Part shown: in pieces, positions 18,023 to 27,750 of the stretch
Position numbering within the stretch: the stretch's first letter is position 1
Layout: each line of letters starts with the position of its first letter
Assembly (NCBI GenBank): GCA_965217185.1
Contig: OZ244252.1
Coordinates: 800,001-864,000, forward strand
Source: an uncultured Candidatus Entotheonella sp.
Lineage (GTDB): Bacteria > Tectomicrobia > Entotheonellia > Entotheonellales > Entotheonellaceae
Length of the DNA: 64,000 nt
Direction: 5' to 3'
Notes under the pieces: generated by a model
Told to the model about the DNA's origin: nothing
The model's input: only the letters and a program-made list of their open reading frames with translations
Databases searched by the model: none
Made by a program: the position numbers and the translations under genes

Positions 18023-19684
18023 TTGACTACCGACGTCGCAACCGGAATTGCACGAATTCTCAAGCAGGAAGGCGTGAAGTGGGTCTCCACTTTCCCCGTC
18101 TGCAGGGTCAACAACGCGCTCGGGCGCGAGAATGTGCCGATGCTCATGATGCGGGATGACCGTTATGCCATCGCCGTGGCGGACGCATTCTCCCGCATCA
18201 CCGGCGGCAAACAGATCGGCGTCGCCACGGTGCAGGGCGGCGTGAACGCTGCCGGGCTTCAGGTGGCTTATGCGGGATTGGCGCAGGCTTACGAGGACAA
18301 CTCGCCGATGCTGTGCATCACCGACGGCGTGCCGATCGGCAGCACCGAGAATTCCCACTTCGACCTCACGGCCAGCCTCAAGTCGGTGTCCAAATGGTAT
18401 GGCTACATCGACAAGCCGGAGCGCGTGCCCGAGTTCATGCGCCGGGCGTTCACCATGCTGCGCACCGGACGCCCGGGGCCCGTCATTCTGGCCGTGCCCG
18501 AGGCGACCGGGCAGTACGACGAAACCGCCGACCCGTACACGCCGGTGAAGGGATGGAAGGCGCTGCCCGACCCGGCTGACGTGAAGCTGGCCGTCGAGTT
18601 GCTGATGAGGGCGCAAAGCCCGCTGCTCTACGTCGGCGAGGGTGTCATCTATGCCGACGCGGCAGCCGAACTCAAAGCGTTCGTCGAATTGGCCAACGTC
18701 CCGGTGATCACGACGCTCAAGGCCAAGGGGGTGTTTCCCGAAAACCACCCATTGTTCGTCGGGGTGCGTGGCGATCAGGTGACCGAATATCTGAAGAAGA
18801 GCGATTTGATTCTCGCCGTCGGCTCCAGCCTGTCGCCAGGGCGCTTCAGTCACGCCATCCCCAATGCGGCGAAGAAAACCATCATCTCCTGCAACGTCAA
18901 CGAGTTGGACGTGAACAAGGTGTTCCCAACCGCGCACGCCCTGATCGGCGACGCCCGTTTCTCCCTGCAGGCGCTGGCCGAGGAGTTGACGGCGCAGTCT
19001 GACGGAAAGGGTTGCCCGCCCGGCAGTGTGGCGGCCGAGGTCAAAGCGTCCCGCGACAGCGCACTGGCATCCTACCGAGAGGCGATGGCCTCCGACGACG
19101 CGCCAATCAATCCTTACCGCGTATACAGCGAGCTCATGAAGGTTTTGGACCCGCACAAGTCGTTCGTCACGCACGAGTCCGGCAACACCCGCGACCAACT
19201 CAGTACGGTTTACGACACGCTCATTCCGAGAGGCTTCCTGGGCTGGGGCAACGTGTCGTCGTTGGGATACAGTTTGGCCGCGGTGGTCGCCGCCAAGAAG
19301 GCGCATCCGCAGCGGAGCGCGGTTGCCGTTACCGGCGAGGCAGGGCTTGGCTACATGATGGGCAACCTGGAAGTACCGGTGCGGGAGAAGCTGGGGGTCA
19401 CGGTCGTGCACATCAGCAACGGCGGCTTTGCCGGGTACGGGCCGGGCTTCTGGGGCGAGGGTCATGATCCCTACACCCACCGGGTGCTCGGTCCCGACGA
19501 GATCGACCTGTCGAAGGCCCTCCGGGAGTTCGGGTTGCACACCGAGCGGGTGACGGAGCCGGATGCCGTTGCGGGTGCCTTGCAGCGTGCGCTGGCAGCG
19601 AATGCGGACGGCGTCCCGGCCTATATCGAGGCCGTATGTAGCCAGTTTCCGGTTTATGGGCAGTGGGTGACACGCAACGGATAA
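18023..19684 (+). CDS. Thiamine-diphosphate-dependent enzyme (acetolactate-synthase-like superfamily)
   Basis: RAFTMLRTGRPGPV, PLLYVGEGV, C-terminal TGEAGLGY...VHISNGG (degenerate GDG-x24-NN). TTG start. Confidence 0.85.
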   Translation: MTTDVATGIARILKQEGVKWVSTFPVCRVNNALGRENVPMLMMRDDRYAIAVADAFSRITGGKQIGVATVQGGVNAAGLQVAYAGLAQAYEDNSPMLCITDGVPIGSTENSHFDLTASLKSVSKWYGYIDKPERVPEFMRRAFTMLRTGRPGPVILAVPEATGQYDETADPYTPVKGWKALPDPADVKLAVELLMRAQSPLLYVGEGVIYADAAAELKAFVELANVPVITTLKAKGVFPENHPLFVGVRGDQVTEYLKKSDLILAVGSSLSPGRFSHAIPNAAKKTIISCNVNELDVNKVFPTAHALIGDARFSLQALAEELTAQSDGKGCPPGSVAAEVKASRDSALASYREAMASDDAPINPYRVYSELMKVLDPHKSFVTHESGNTRDQLSTVYDTLIPRGFLGWGNVSSLGYSLAAVVAAKKAHPQRSAVAVTGEAGLGYMMGNLEVPVREKLGVTVVHISNGGFAGYGPGFWGEGHDPYTHRVLGPDEIDLSKALREFGLHTERVTEPDAVAGALQRALAANADGVPAYIEAVCSQFPVYGQWVTRNG

Positions 19685-19710
19685 AGGGTAGGGGTGTGAA
19701 GAGGATGGAA

Positions 19711-19782
19711 TGGGCGATACTGGATTTGAACCAGTGACCCCTGCCGTGTGAAGGCAGTGCTCTCCCGCTGAGCTAATCGCCC
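19711..19782 (-). tRNA. tRNA-Val (anticodon CAC); CCA not encoded
   Basis: GGGCGATTAGCTCAGCGGGAGAGCACTGCCTT-CAC-ACGGCAGGGGTCACTGGTTCAAATCCAGTATCGCCCA folds as a cloverleaf. Confidence 0.95.
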
Positions 19783-19840
19783 GTCGTGCTGGCGAGAAAT
19801 GGACGGGTTGGCCATTTCTCCGGCGGTTTGAAAACCGCAA

Positions 19841-19913
19841 TGGACGGTAGGAGATTCGAACTCCCGACCTCTGCCTTGCGAAGGCAGCGCTCTCCCAACT
19901 GAGCTAACCGCCC
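19841..19913 (-). tRNA. tRNA-Ala (anticodon CGC); CCA not encoded
   Basis: GGGCGGTTAGCTCAGTTGGGAGAGCGCTGCCTT-CGC-AAGGCAGAGGTCGGGAGTTCGAATCTCCTACCGTCCA; cloverleaf with the G3:U70 Ala determinant. Confidence 0.95.
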
Positions 19914-19958
19914 ACAAGGCCGCGGCAATCGCGCCGCGCCTGTTGGCTGGGGGGTGAG

Positions 19959-19987
19959 AGCATACTTGTCCCACCTGCCGGTGTCAA
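19959..19987 (-). promoter_or_regulatory. Sigma70-type promoter for the tRNA pair
   Basis: Minus strand TTGACA-17 bp-TATGCT, about 45 bp upstream of tRNA-Ala. Confidence 0.75.
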
Positions 19988-20003
19988 GAAACGCGATCGG
20001 CGT

Positions 20004-20828
20004 TTACAGGAACGCCACCTCACCGGAAACGACCCGCAGGCGCGAGTCGTCACGGCCCCGTATCAGCAAGGCCCCATCCTCATCCAGGCCCAATACGACA
20101 CCCTCTTCAATGCCGCGTTCCGTGCTGCAACGAACAGGCTTGCCAGCAATGCGTCCGTAGTGCAGCCAGCGCGGTAAAATGGGCACGAGGCCTCGTTGCT
20201 GAAAGGTGTGGTAGAGCGGTTCGAGGCGGTTCAGGATAGCAGCAGCGAGGCGCGGACGGGGCACGAAACATCCGACTGCCAGTGCCAGGGAAGTAACTTG
20301 GTGCCGCAGCTCGGCGGGGAACTGTTCCAGTGCGGTGTTGACGTTGATGCCGATGCCGACGATGGCCGCGGGCGACAGATCGGCCTGGAAAACGCTTTCG
20401 GTCAGGATGCCCCCCGCCTTCTTGCCGTGAATCATCACGTCGTTCGGCCACTTCAATTCGACGGACAGGGAACTCACCTCGGCAATGGCTTCTGCTGTTG
20501 CCACCGCAGCCAGCAGGGTCAGCTGGGGCAGGCGGCTGAGTACAACCTGTGGTCGCAATAGCAGGGACATGTAGATCCCCACGCCGGCCGGGGAGGCAAA
20601 GCTGCGCCCCTGGCGTCCCCGGCCGCGGTGTTGTTGCTCGGCCAGAACCACGGCGCCCTCCGGCACCCCATCCCGCGCCAGTTGTTTCGCGATGTCGTTG
20701 GTCGAGGTCGTTTGGGCTTTGATATGGATAATCCGGCCCAATGTCTTGGTCGTGAGTAGCCGATGCAGGCCATCGGCCTCAAGCGGGTCGGGTATCACAG
20801 ATTGCTCGCGGCGCGTAGAATCATCCAT
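20004..20828 (-). CDS. birA: Biotin-[acetyl-CoA-carboxylase] ligase (no N-terminal HTH)
   Basis: TTSTN, AEQQHRGRGRQGRSF, LKWPNDV, KKAGGILTE, GIGINV. Confidence 0.95.
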   Translation of the reverse strand: MDDSTRREQSVIPDPLEADGLHRLLTTKTLGRIIHIKAQTTSTNDIAKQLARDGVPEGAVVLAEQQHRGRGRQGRSFASPAGVGIYMSLLLRPQVVLSRLPQLTLLAAVATAEAIAEVSSLSVELKWPNDVMIHGKKAGGILTESVFQADLSPAAIVGIGINVNTALEQFPAELRHQVTSLALAVGCFVPRPRLAAAILNRLEPLYHTFQQRGLVPILPRWLHYGRIAGKPVRCSTERGIEEGVVLGLDEDGALLIRGRDDSRLRVVSGEVAFL

Positions 20829-20927
20829 AAGTTCTGTCCGTAATTCTTACGACTTGGGTTTGCCACCATCCTGGTCGCGCCCGCCATTCAGACCCTGCCG
20901 GGCGGTCACGAAAGGGGCTCGGTCGCC

Positions 20928-22085
20928 GTGCGCATCATCGACCGCCACATTATCCGGGAGCTTGTTCCTCTCACCTTGGTTGCCCTCGGAGTGGCAACCG
21001 GGGTCTTCTTCCTCGACAAGCTTCTGTGGATGACGAGTCTCGTGCTGCAAAATCGCCTCGACGTCGGCATGTCGTGGCGCTTGCTCTGCTACACCCTGCC
21101 CACCGTCAGCGGCTTGACGCTGCCCATCGGTTTCCTGATGGGCTGCACGCTGACCCTCCACCGCATGTCAGCCGACAACGAACTCGTGGTTCTGCGTGCC
21201 GCGGGGATGAGTGTATACCGTCTGTTGCTGCCCTTTTTCACGATTGCCGTGGTGGCCTACGCCCTGTCGGCGTTTGCCCTCATGTACGTGTCGCCGTGGG
21301 GTTATCAGGGCCTGCAGCGGCTCGTTTTCGATATCGCGCGGGACCGAGCTTACTATCATCTGAGGCCGCAGGCGTTTAACGACGCATTCAAGGGGCTGGT
21401 GTTCTACGTCGAGCGTACCCATCCCGAAGCGCAACGTTTTGAGGGGATTTTCGTCGCTGACAACCGCTCCCAAGTCACGCAGGTGATTACGGCGGAGCAG
21501 GGTGAATTGCTCGTCCAGCCGGAGGCGCTGCAAGTCGTCTTGCGGCTCAGCAAGGGCATCATCCATCGCTTCGTGCCGGCGGATGGGCGCTATCATCTGG
21601 TGCACTTCGGGCGGTACGACGTTGTGCTCGACCTGGATACCCGACTGGCGCGCCAGTCGACCGGCTCTGCCGGGGTGCGTAAACTGTTCCCCCATCAACT
21701 GCGGGCGGAAATCGCTCGCCGAGAGGCGCTCGGTGAGGATGCCAGAGCTCTCCGGCTATTCTGGCACAAGCTTTTCGCGTTGCCCTTTGCGTGCATCATC
21801 TTTGCGGGCCTCGGCCCGGCGCTGGGCGCTACCCAGACCCGTTCCGGCCGCTCGGCGGGATATCTACTCAGCATCGCCGGCATCTTCGTGTACTACATCC
21901 TGCTCAGCGCCAGTGACGCACTAGGCGAGGATAGCAAGCTGTCGCCCGTGCTCACAGCCTGGCTGCCCAACTTGTGCATGCTTGGGCTCACAGCGTTGCT
22001 CCTGCGCCGCCACGTGCATGGTTCGCTGCGCCTCGGGCGGGCAGGCCGTACCGTGCCTGGCAATGACGACAGGGAAGGGGGCTAA
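20928..22085 (+). CDS. LptF/LptG family LPS export permease (LptF-like)
   Basis: MRIIDRHIIREL, RMSADNELVVLRAAGMS, AWLPN; multiple TM segments. Confidence 0.85.
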   Translation: MRIIDRHIIRELVPLTLVALGVATGVFFLDKLLWMTSLVLQNRLDVGMSWRLLCYTLPTVSGLTLPIGFLMGCTLTLHRMSADNELVVLRAAGMSVYRLLLPFFTIAVVAYALSAFALMYVSPWGYQGLQRLVFDIARDRAYYHLRPQAFNDAFKGLVFYVERTHPEAQRFEGIFVADNRSQVTQVITAEQGELLVQPEALQVVLRLSKGIIHRFVPADGRYHLVHFGRYDVVLDLDTRLARQSTGSAGVRKLFPHQLRAEIARREALGEDARALRLFWHKLFALPFACIIFAGLGPALGATQTRSGRSAGYLLSIAGIFVYYILLSASDALGEDSKLSPVLTAWLPNLCMLGLTALLLRRHVHGSLRLGRAGRTVPGNDDREGG

Positions 22086-23107
22086 CGGTTGAGCTGGTAC
22101 TTCCGCACGGCCCGGTTGTGCTCTTTCAGCGTGTTTGAAAAATGGTGGGCGCCGTTTTCCCTGGTCGCCACGAAGTACAGATACTTCACAGCGGCCGGCG
22201 CCACTGCCGCGTCGATCGAGCGTCTGCCGGGATTGGCGATGGGACCGGGCGGCAATCCGGCATAGCGGTAGGTATTGTACGGTGAGTCGATCCGTAAATC
22301 GGCCTTTCGCAGGTTGCCTTGGAAAGCCTCGCCCAGCGCGTAAATCACCGTGGAATCACATTGCAGGCGCATGCCGCGTTGCAACCGGTTGTGGAAAACC
22401 GCGGCGATGATCTCCCGTTCTGAGTCAAGTTGGGCTTCTTTTTCGATCAGCGAAGCGAGTGTCACGACGGCATGCTGCGACAGCCCCAGACCTTCGGCCT
22501 TGGCGGCGATTTCCGGGACGTAATTTTCGTCAAACGTCCGCACCATAAGCGTCAACAGGTCCGCTTCATCCATGTCCCGCGTCACGTGATACGTATCTGG
22601 AAACAAATACCCCTCAAGAGATGGCACGGTAAGACCGAGGGATTCTATGAAAGCAGGGTCGGAGCCAAGTCCCAGCACTCGCTGTTCGCTGCCCATGCCC
22701 TTGGCCGCGACCAACGCCGCAATGTCGCGCAGCGTCGCGCCCTCGGGAATGGTCAGGGCGTGGTGCATGACCTTGCCGCGGTATAGGAGGTCGAGGATTT
22801 CGACCGGGGACATGCTGGCGCTCAGCACGTATTCCCCGGCCTGCAGACGCGGCGCCAAGCGTCGGGCCTTGGCATACAGGACGAAGGGTAACGGATGACG
22901 GATCAAACCGGCCTCATGCAACTGGCTGGCGATCTGCCGTAGACCCGCGCCCCGGCTCACTTGGATGACTTGTTCTCTTGCTTCGATGGCGGCCGGCTGG
23001 TGGACGAGAATCCAGGTGCCCGCAAGGCCGAGAACCGCGGTTAAAATCAGAATGGACAGGCATTGTTTGGCAAAGCGGCGGGCGTGCGGCACGGAGATGT
23101 CCCTCAC
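22082..23107 (-). CDS. mltG: Endolytic transglycosylase MltG
   Basis: LTIPEG, LEGYLFPDTY, LASLIEKE, NRLQRGMRLQCD, SPYNTY, GLPPGPIANPG. Confidence 0.95.
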   Translation of the reverse strand: MRDISVPHARRFAKQCLSILILTAVLGLAGTWILVHQPAAIEAREQVIQVSRGAGLRQIASQLHEAGLIRHPLPFVLYAKARRLAPRLQAGEYVLSASMSPVEILDLLYRGKVMHHALTIPEGATLRDIAALVAAKGMGSEQRVLGLGSDPAFIESLGLTVPSLEGYLFPDTYHVTRDMDEADLLTLMVRTFDENYVPEIAAKAEGLGLSQHAVVTLASLIEKEAQLDSEREIIAAVFHNRLQRGMRLQCDSTVIYALGEAFQGNLRKADLRIDSPYNTYRYAGLPPGPIANPGRRSIDAAVAPAAVKYLYFVATRENGAHHFSNTLKEHNRAVRKYQLNR

Positions 23108-23118
23108 GCTTGGGTGGG

Positions 23119-23544
23119 TTAAGTCTTGGCGGTCAGGCGCTGGTGATCGAGATAGCTTTGCAGGATAAGCTGCGCGGCGAGCTTATCCCGCACGGCCTTG
23201 CGTTTGCTGCGCCGCTGATTGGCGGCGATCAACACGCGTTCGGCCTGCTGTGTGGTGAGGCGTTCATCCCAGGCAATACACGGCAGGTTACAGGACTGTT
23301 CGAGGCGGTCGATGAAGGCCGTCGTTTTGTCTGCTTGCGGGCCGTACGAGCCGTTCATGTTCCGAGGCATGCCTACGACAATCCGGGTGACGTCGTATTC
23401 GCTCATCACCTCCCGCAAAGCGGCTGCGTCGGCAGCGACGCTGCGCCGTTCGAGCACGAACAGGCCCTGAGCGAAAAGGGCCAGCTCATCGCTTACCGCG
23501 ACGCCGATGCGACGGTCGCCAACGTCCAGACCCAGTATCCGCAT
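23119..23544 (-). CDS. ruvX: RuvX/YqgF (pre-16S rRNA nuclease/resolvase-like)
   Basis: MRILGLDVGDRRIGVAVSD, WDERLTT, DKLAAQLILQSYL. Confidence 0.95.
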   Translation of the reverse strand: MRILGLDVGDRRIGVAVSDELALFAQGLFVLERRSVAADAAALREVMSEYDVTRIVVGMPRNMNGSYGPQADKTTAFIDRLEQSCNLPCIAWDERLTTQQAERVLIAANQRRSKRKAVRDKLAAQLILQSYLDHQRLTAKT

Positions 23545-23569
23545 GATGTCCCTTTCCCCGGCCGCGCGG

Positions 23570-25180
23570 TCACTGCAAGCGTGGGCCGTCCGGTTGCAGG
23601 GTGATGTTGTAGGAACTCAGGAGTGTGTTCTTGACCGCTTCGAGGCGGATGCGGGCTTGCAGGTGGTCGGTCAGGGCATTGATTTCCTTCGAGCGCTCGA
23701 CGCTCAAATCCTCTTGGAATTCCAGCACCGTGAACACGGTTGACAGACCGACTTGCAGTTTCTTTTCCTCAGCCTCGAGTTGCTTCTGCGCCAGCTGGCT
23801 TGACACGCGCGAGACCCGCACCCGCTGGGCATGGGTCATCACGTCGCGCACGGCGGCGCGGACCTGCCGGATGATTTCCTCTTCCATATCCTGGATGCGC
23901 AGCATCTGCTGGCGGATGGCCAGGCGGGATTGCGTGACGCGATTCTTGGCCTGTCGGTTGCCCAATGGCTGACTGAATTGCAGGCTGATGTCCCAGCGAT
24001 ACCGCTTACCCGGGTCGAACTCGCCGAGGTGGTCATCGAAGTTCTTGCTGACACCGTTGACGCGCAGACTCGTTTCCAGGTCGAGGGTGGGCAGGGCCTG
24101 ATTTTCGCTGAAGATGAGTGTGACGCGCTGGTTTTCCAGCATCAGCTTCGCCTGCATGAGGTCGACGCGTTGCTCCAGGGCCTGGCGAATCTGTTCTTCC
24201 TGGTTGATTGCGCGGGCATCGTAGGACGGGGTGTCAACGGGCAATAACACGGCGTCCGCGTACTCGCCGAGCAGGCTGAGGTTCATGATGCGCTTGAGCC
24301 GGTCTTCCGTCGCCCGTAGCGTGTTCCCGGCAACGAGAATGCGTTCTTCGACGCGGGCAATTTCCGTTTCGGCCTGCAGCACCTCGATGGGCGCCAGCGT
24401 GCCAACGGCTACCTGCTTGCGGATCTGATCCAGAAGTTGCTCCGCCAAGGCCCGTTGTTGGCGTCGTACTTCCAGATCCCGACGGCGAAACACAAGGTCC
24501 CAGTAGGCCTCCTGGACCTGAGCGGTTACGTCGGTGATTTGCTGGCGAAAATCTTCCTGGGACATGGACAGGTTGTTTTGTGCGATGACAATGCGGTTGT
24601 TGGTGACCTGCGAGCCGAAGTTTTTCAGGAGGGGTTGGGTGACCTTGACTTGTAGCTCGGCGGTGTTGAAGGCATTGCGTAGCGGCGGTTCCTGCGTGCC
24701 GGGAGGAAAAGGCACGCGCCGGGTGGAGTCCACGTGCGCCTCCGAGAGTTCCACGCCGTACGTGCCACCCCAGCGATTGAGGCGCGACAATCCTAAACGG
24801 ATCGCCTGTTCCTGCGTGTTGTCCTGAGCAACGGAATCGTTAATGAATTCCTGGAAGAAGGGCGAGGTGGAAAGCAGGCGGGAGTCTGACGCGTTGGCCG
24901 AAGCGTGCAACTGGATATCGAATATCCCTTCCTCGGTGGAGACCTGCGCCTCCCGGATGCGGGGTTCCAGGCCGGCGATCTGAATGTTCAGATTGCCTTG
25001 CAGAGCAAAGGCCGTGGCCTCGCGCAGGGACAGTTCCATCTCACGCTGCTGCGCCTGCGCCGGCGCGGCGAACCATCCAGCGTGACTCAAACAAGTAACG
25101 ACTATCAACGTGAGCAATGACGGGACAGCGGCTGATATCAATCCCAGTGCGTGCATGCTTCTACCGCGTTGCATGCTCAT
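23570..25180 (-). CDS. TolC family outer-membrane protein
   Basis: Signal peptide, LSLREA, VTQPLLKNFG, VQEAYWDL, two OEP-like repeats. Confidence 0.85.
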   Translation of the reverse strand: MSMQRGRSMHALGLISAAVPSLLTLIVVTCLSHAGWFAAPAQAQQREMELSLREATAFALQGNLNIQIAGLEPRIREAQVSTEEGIFDIQLHASANASDSRLLSTSPFFQEFINDSVAQDNTQEQAIRLGLSRLNRWGGTYGVELSEAHVDSTRRVPFPPGTQEPPLRNAFNTAELQVKVTQPLLKNFGSQVTNNRIVIAQNNLSMSQEDFRQQITDVTAQVQEAYWDLVFRRRDLEVRRQQRALAEQLLDQIRKQVAVGTLAPIEVLQAETEIARVEERILVAGNTLRATEDRLKRIMNLSLLGEYADAVLLPVDTPSYDARAINQEEQIRQALEQRVDLMQAKLMLENQRVTLIFSENQALPTLDLETSLRVNGVSKNFDDHLGEFDPGKRYRWDISLQFSQPLGNRQAKNRVTQSRLAIRQQMLRIQDMEEEIIRQVRAAVRDVMTHAQRVRVSRVSSQLAQKQLEAEEKKLQVGLSTVFTVLEFQEDLSVERSKEINALTDHLQARIRLEAVKNTLLSSYNITLQPDGPRLQ

Positions 25181-25557
25181 TGACCCCCTTTCGTCGTTGC
25201 CGCTCTCTCGCTCACAGGCGCACCGACAACGAATCGTTCAACGGCCCGTTTGGTGCAGGCCGGCGCGTAACTTCTTCCTAAGCTAAAGCATAGCCGGGCA
25301 GTCACGCTGACAGATGTTCGGATGACTGTTAGCGAATTGGTGACAGGTGGTGTGGCAATCGTGAAGGTGTGCCTTGGCATCCAACCCAGCAGAAGGTGCG
25401 AATTTTGCAGAGAAGAAAGGGTTCTGTCAAGCGCATTCTGCCCTTACTGCCGGTATCCATCAGGAGAGGCGAGAAAGCGAGATATGGTATAGTTTCCCAC
25501 ATCACAAGTCGATTGCGGCCTACCTGCACGCACATTAGAAACCAGCGGAACACCTCA

Positions 25558-26484
25558 ATGCGGATCCACGAGAGCCTTGCTGCTATCGAACCCACTTCAT
25601 ACCCCAAACCCGTTCTTGCTCTCGGCAATTTCGACGGTGTGCACCTCGGCCACCAGAACATTTTCAGGCACGTGGTGAGCCGGGCGGACGAGATCGGCGG
25701 TACCCCCATGGTGTTCACGTTCGACTGTCATCCGTTAAAAGTGCTTGCCCCTGAGAGGGCGCCGCTGGTTCTTACCACCAACGCCCAGAAGCGCAGCCTG
25801 ATTGGCGCCTTGGGCGTCAGGGTGGGTCTGTGGATTCCCTTTACGGAACAATTCGCCCGTCAGAAACCCCTTGCCTTCATCCGTGACGTGTTGCAGGAAC
25901 GCATCGGTGTTCACGAGCTTGTGGTGGGATACGATTTCCGCTTCGGCCATTGTCGGGCCGGCAATGTGTCACTGCTCCAGCAACAGGCCGCGGCGCATGG
26001 TTACGAGGTCACGGTCATCCCGGCGGTCAAGCTGGGGGACACGGTGGTGAGTAGCTCCACGATTCGCGCCTTGCTGCAAAAAGGCCAGGTCGAAGAGGCC
26101 GCCCGTCTGCTCGGCCGGGATTACGTCCTGTCCGGTCTGGTCGTTGAGGGTTTCCGCCGCGGCGCCAAGCTCGGCTTTCCCACCGCAAACGTCCGCGCGG
26201 ATCACGAACTCGTGCCTCGTGAGGGCGTATATGCCGTGCGCGTGGAGTGGGAGGGCCGCCAATATCCCGGCGTTGCGAACGTGGGGCGCAACCCGACGTT
26301 TGACAACGAATCCCTTAGTGTGGAGGTGCATCTGCTTGACTTCGAGGGCGACTTGTACGGCGCCCGACTAGGTGTGGCTTTTGTGGCACGCATCCGGGAC
26401 GAGAGAAAGTTCGCCTCGGTCGATGATCTGGCCGCACAGATTGCCTGCGACGTCCAGCAGGCACGATACCTCCACGCCCGATAG
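25558..26484 (+). CDS. ribF: Bifunctional riboflavin kinase/FAD synthetase
   Basis: LGNFDGVHLGHQ, VGYDFRFG, VSSSTIR, LGFPTAN, VEVHLLDF, RDERKF. Confidence 0.95.
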   Translation: MRIHESLAAIEPTSYPKPVLALGNFDGVHLGHQNIFRHVVSRADEIGGTPMVFTFDCHPLKVLAPERAPLVLTTNAQKRSLIGALGVRVGLWIPFTEQFARQKPLAFIRDVLQERIGVHELVVGYDFRFGHCRAGNVSLLQQQAAAHGYEVTVIPAVKLGDTVVSSSTIRALLQKGQVEEAARLLGRDYVLSGLVVEGFRRGAKLGFPTANVRADHELVPREGVYAVRVEWEGRQYPGVANVGRNPTFDNESLSVEVHLLDFEGDLYGARLGVAFVARIRDERKFASVDDLAAQIACDVQQARYLHAR

Positions 26485-26497
26485 AGCCATCCTGCGG

Positions 26498-26791
26498 TCA
26501 TGATTCCCGTGTCCAAGGCAGGCGCCAACGCCGCGGTTGAGCCCGACGCAGCGCGCGGACGAACTGCTTCGGATCAACGCGGTACTTGAAGGCTTTGCGG
26601 CCATTGATGAAGACGACGGGAATTTCTTCCCGGTAGAGTTCCAGTAGGTCTGCCCGTGTCGTGATATCTACCTCGTTCAGGGAAAACGAATGACTGGCCT
26701 GAAGCTCTTGCAGGAGTGTTTTTGCTTCGTGGCAGAGGTGGCAATCGGGCTTGCTCAATATCTCCACTGTCGGGAGGACGATTTCGGTCAT
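26498..26791 (-). CDS. Glutaredoxin-like protein (DUF836)
   Basis: SKPDCHLC (CxxC), EVDIT, EIPVVFING. Confidence 0.85.
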   Translation of the reverse strand: MTEIVLPTVEILSKPDCHLCHEAKTLLQELQASHSFSLNEVDITTRADLLELYREEIPVVFINGRKAFKYRVDPKQFVRALRRAQPRRWRLPWTRES

Positions 26792-26963
26792 TCGTGTTGT
26801 CTCATAGTCGGTAATGGATTTCGGCAGGGGTGTTTTCCGTTTCGGCGCGAAGGCAGAAGCAGCGTATCATCGTGCAAAAACGGCAACAAGACGTACCGCA
26901 CCCCGGTGTTCCTCCTATTGATTTCGCAATTCTCCCTCCTCCCTCATGTGCGAAAGGCGTCTG

Positions 26964-27662
26964 ATGGCGGGCGAGTCCTCTGAACCGATAGTCGTGGCCA
27001 TTGACGGCCCCTCCGGGGTGGGCAAGAGTGTGGCTGCTGAAAGGCTGGCCCAGGCGCTCGGTTTTCACTATGCGCAATCGGGTGCCATGTATCGCGCCGT
27101 CGGCTGGCGCGTGGAATCGCAGGCGGTGCCCCTGTGCGACGGCGACCGCATTGCCACGCTTGTGTCGGAAACCCCGATCGTTATTACGCTTCGTCCTGGG
27201 CAATCCGCCGTTTGGGTGCATGGACGAGATATCTCAGGAGAGTTGGCAGGGGAGGCGGTGGGCAGAGCGGCCTCGGCGGTTGCCACCCTGCCGATGGTAC
27301 GCCAAACCGTTACAGTGCAGTTGCGCCGCCTGCGCTGCCAGGGGAGCTTGGTCATGGAGGGGCGCGACATCGGTACGGTTGTGTTCCCGGACGCCAACGT
27401 CAAGTTTTTCCTCGACGCCTCGCTTGATGTCAGAGTGCAGCGGCGATGGCGGGAAATGCGCCAGGCGGGCCACGGCGACACGTTCGAAGAGGTCCGGCAG
27501 GCCATTGCCGCTCGCGATGAGCAGGACCGCACCCGCACCCTTGCGCCTCTGGTGCCGGCGGCGGACGCACACGTTATTGATACGACGGATTTCTCTATTG
27601 ACGATGTCGTGCGGACTATGGTATCAGAGACGCAACACAACATCCTGCGGGGTAACGGTTGA
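26964..27662 (+). CDS. cmk: Cytidylate kinase
   Basis: AIDGPSGVGKS, SGAMYRA, VMEGRDIGTVVFPDA. Lies upstream of rpsA. Confidence 0.95.
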   Translation: MAGESSEPIVVAIDGPSGVGKSVAAERLAQALGFHYAQSGAMYRAVGWRVESQAVPLCDGDRIATLVSETPIVITLRPGQSAVWVHGRDISGELAGEAVGRAASAVATLPMVRQTVTVQLRRLRCQGSLVMEGRDIGTVVFPDANVKFFLDASLDVRVQRRWREMRQAGHGDTFEEVRQAIAARDEQDRTRTLAPLVPAADAHVIDTTDFSIDDVVRTMVSETQHNILRGNG

Positions 27663-27750
27663 GCCTGCCTGCGCGCCTTGGCCTTGAGTGTGGCAAGGTC
27701 ATGTCGTCTCAGCGTTGCAATCCGTAGTTAATCAGGAGGCTGGAATTCCC

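Noticed and set aside
1988..19711. tRNA-anchored integrative element with att direct repeats
   Set aside because: I found no copy of the tRNA-Val 3' end near purL or in the intergenic regions inspected, and no integrase or transposase. An exhaustive repeat search was not possible by eye.
17933..19840. 635-aa minus-strand ORF
   Set aside because: Antisense shadow of the ThDP enzyme gene; it also runs through tRNA-Val and has no recognisable motifs.
25181..25557. FMN riboswitch upstream of ribF
   Set aside because: No RFN consensus visible. Only a possible minus-strand TTGACA-17-CAAAAT promoter (25402-25430) was seen, too weak to list.
27001..27687. Alternative 228-aa ORF overlapping cmk
   Set aside because: Out-of-frame overlap with a clear cmk and no motifs.
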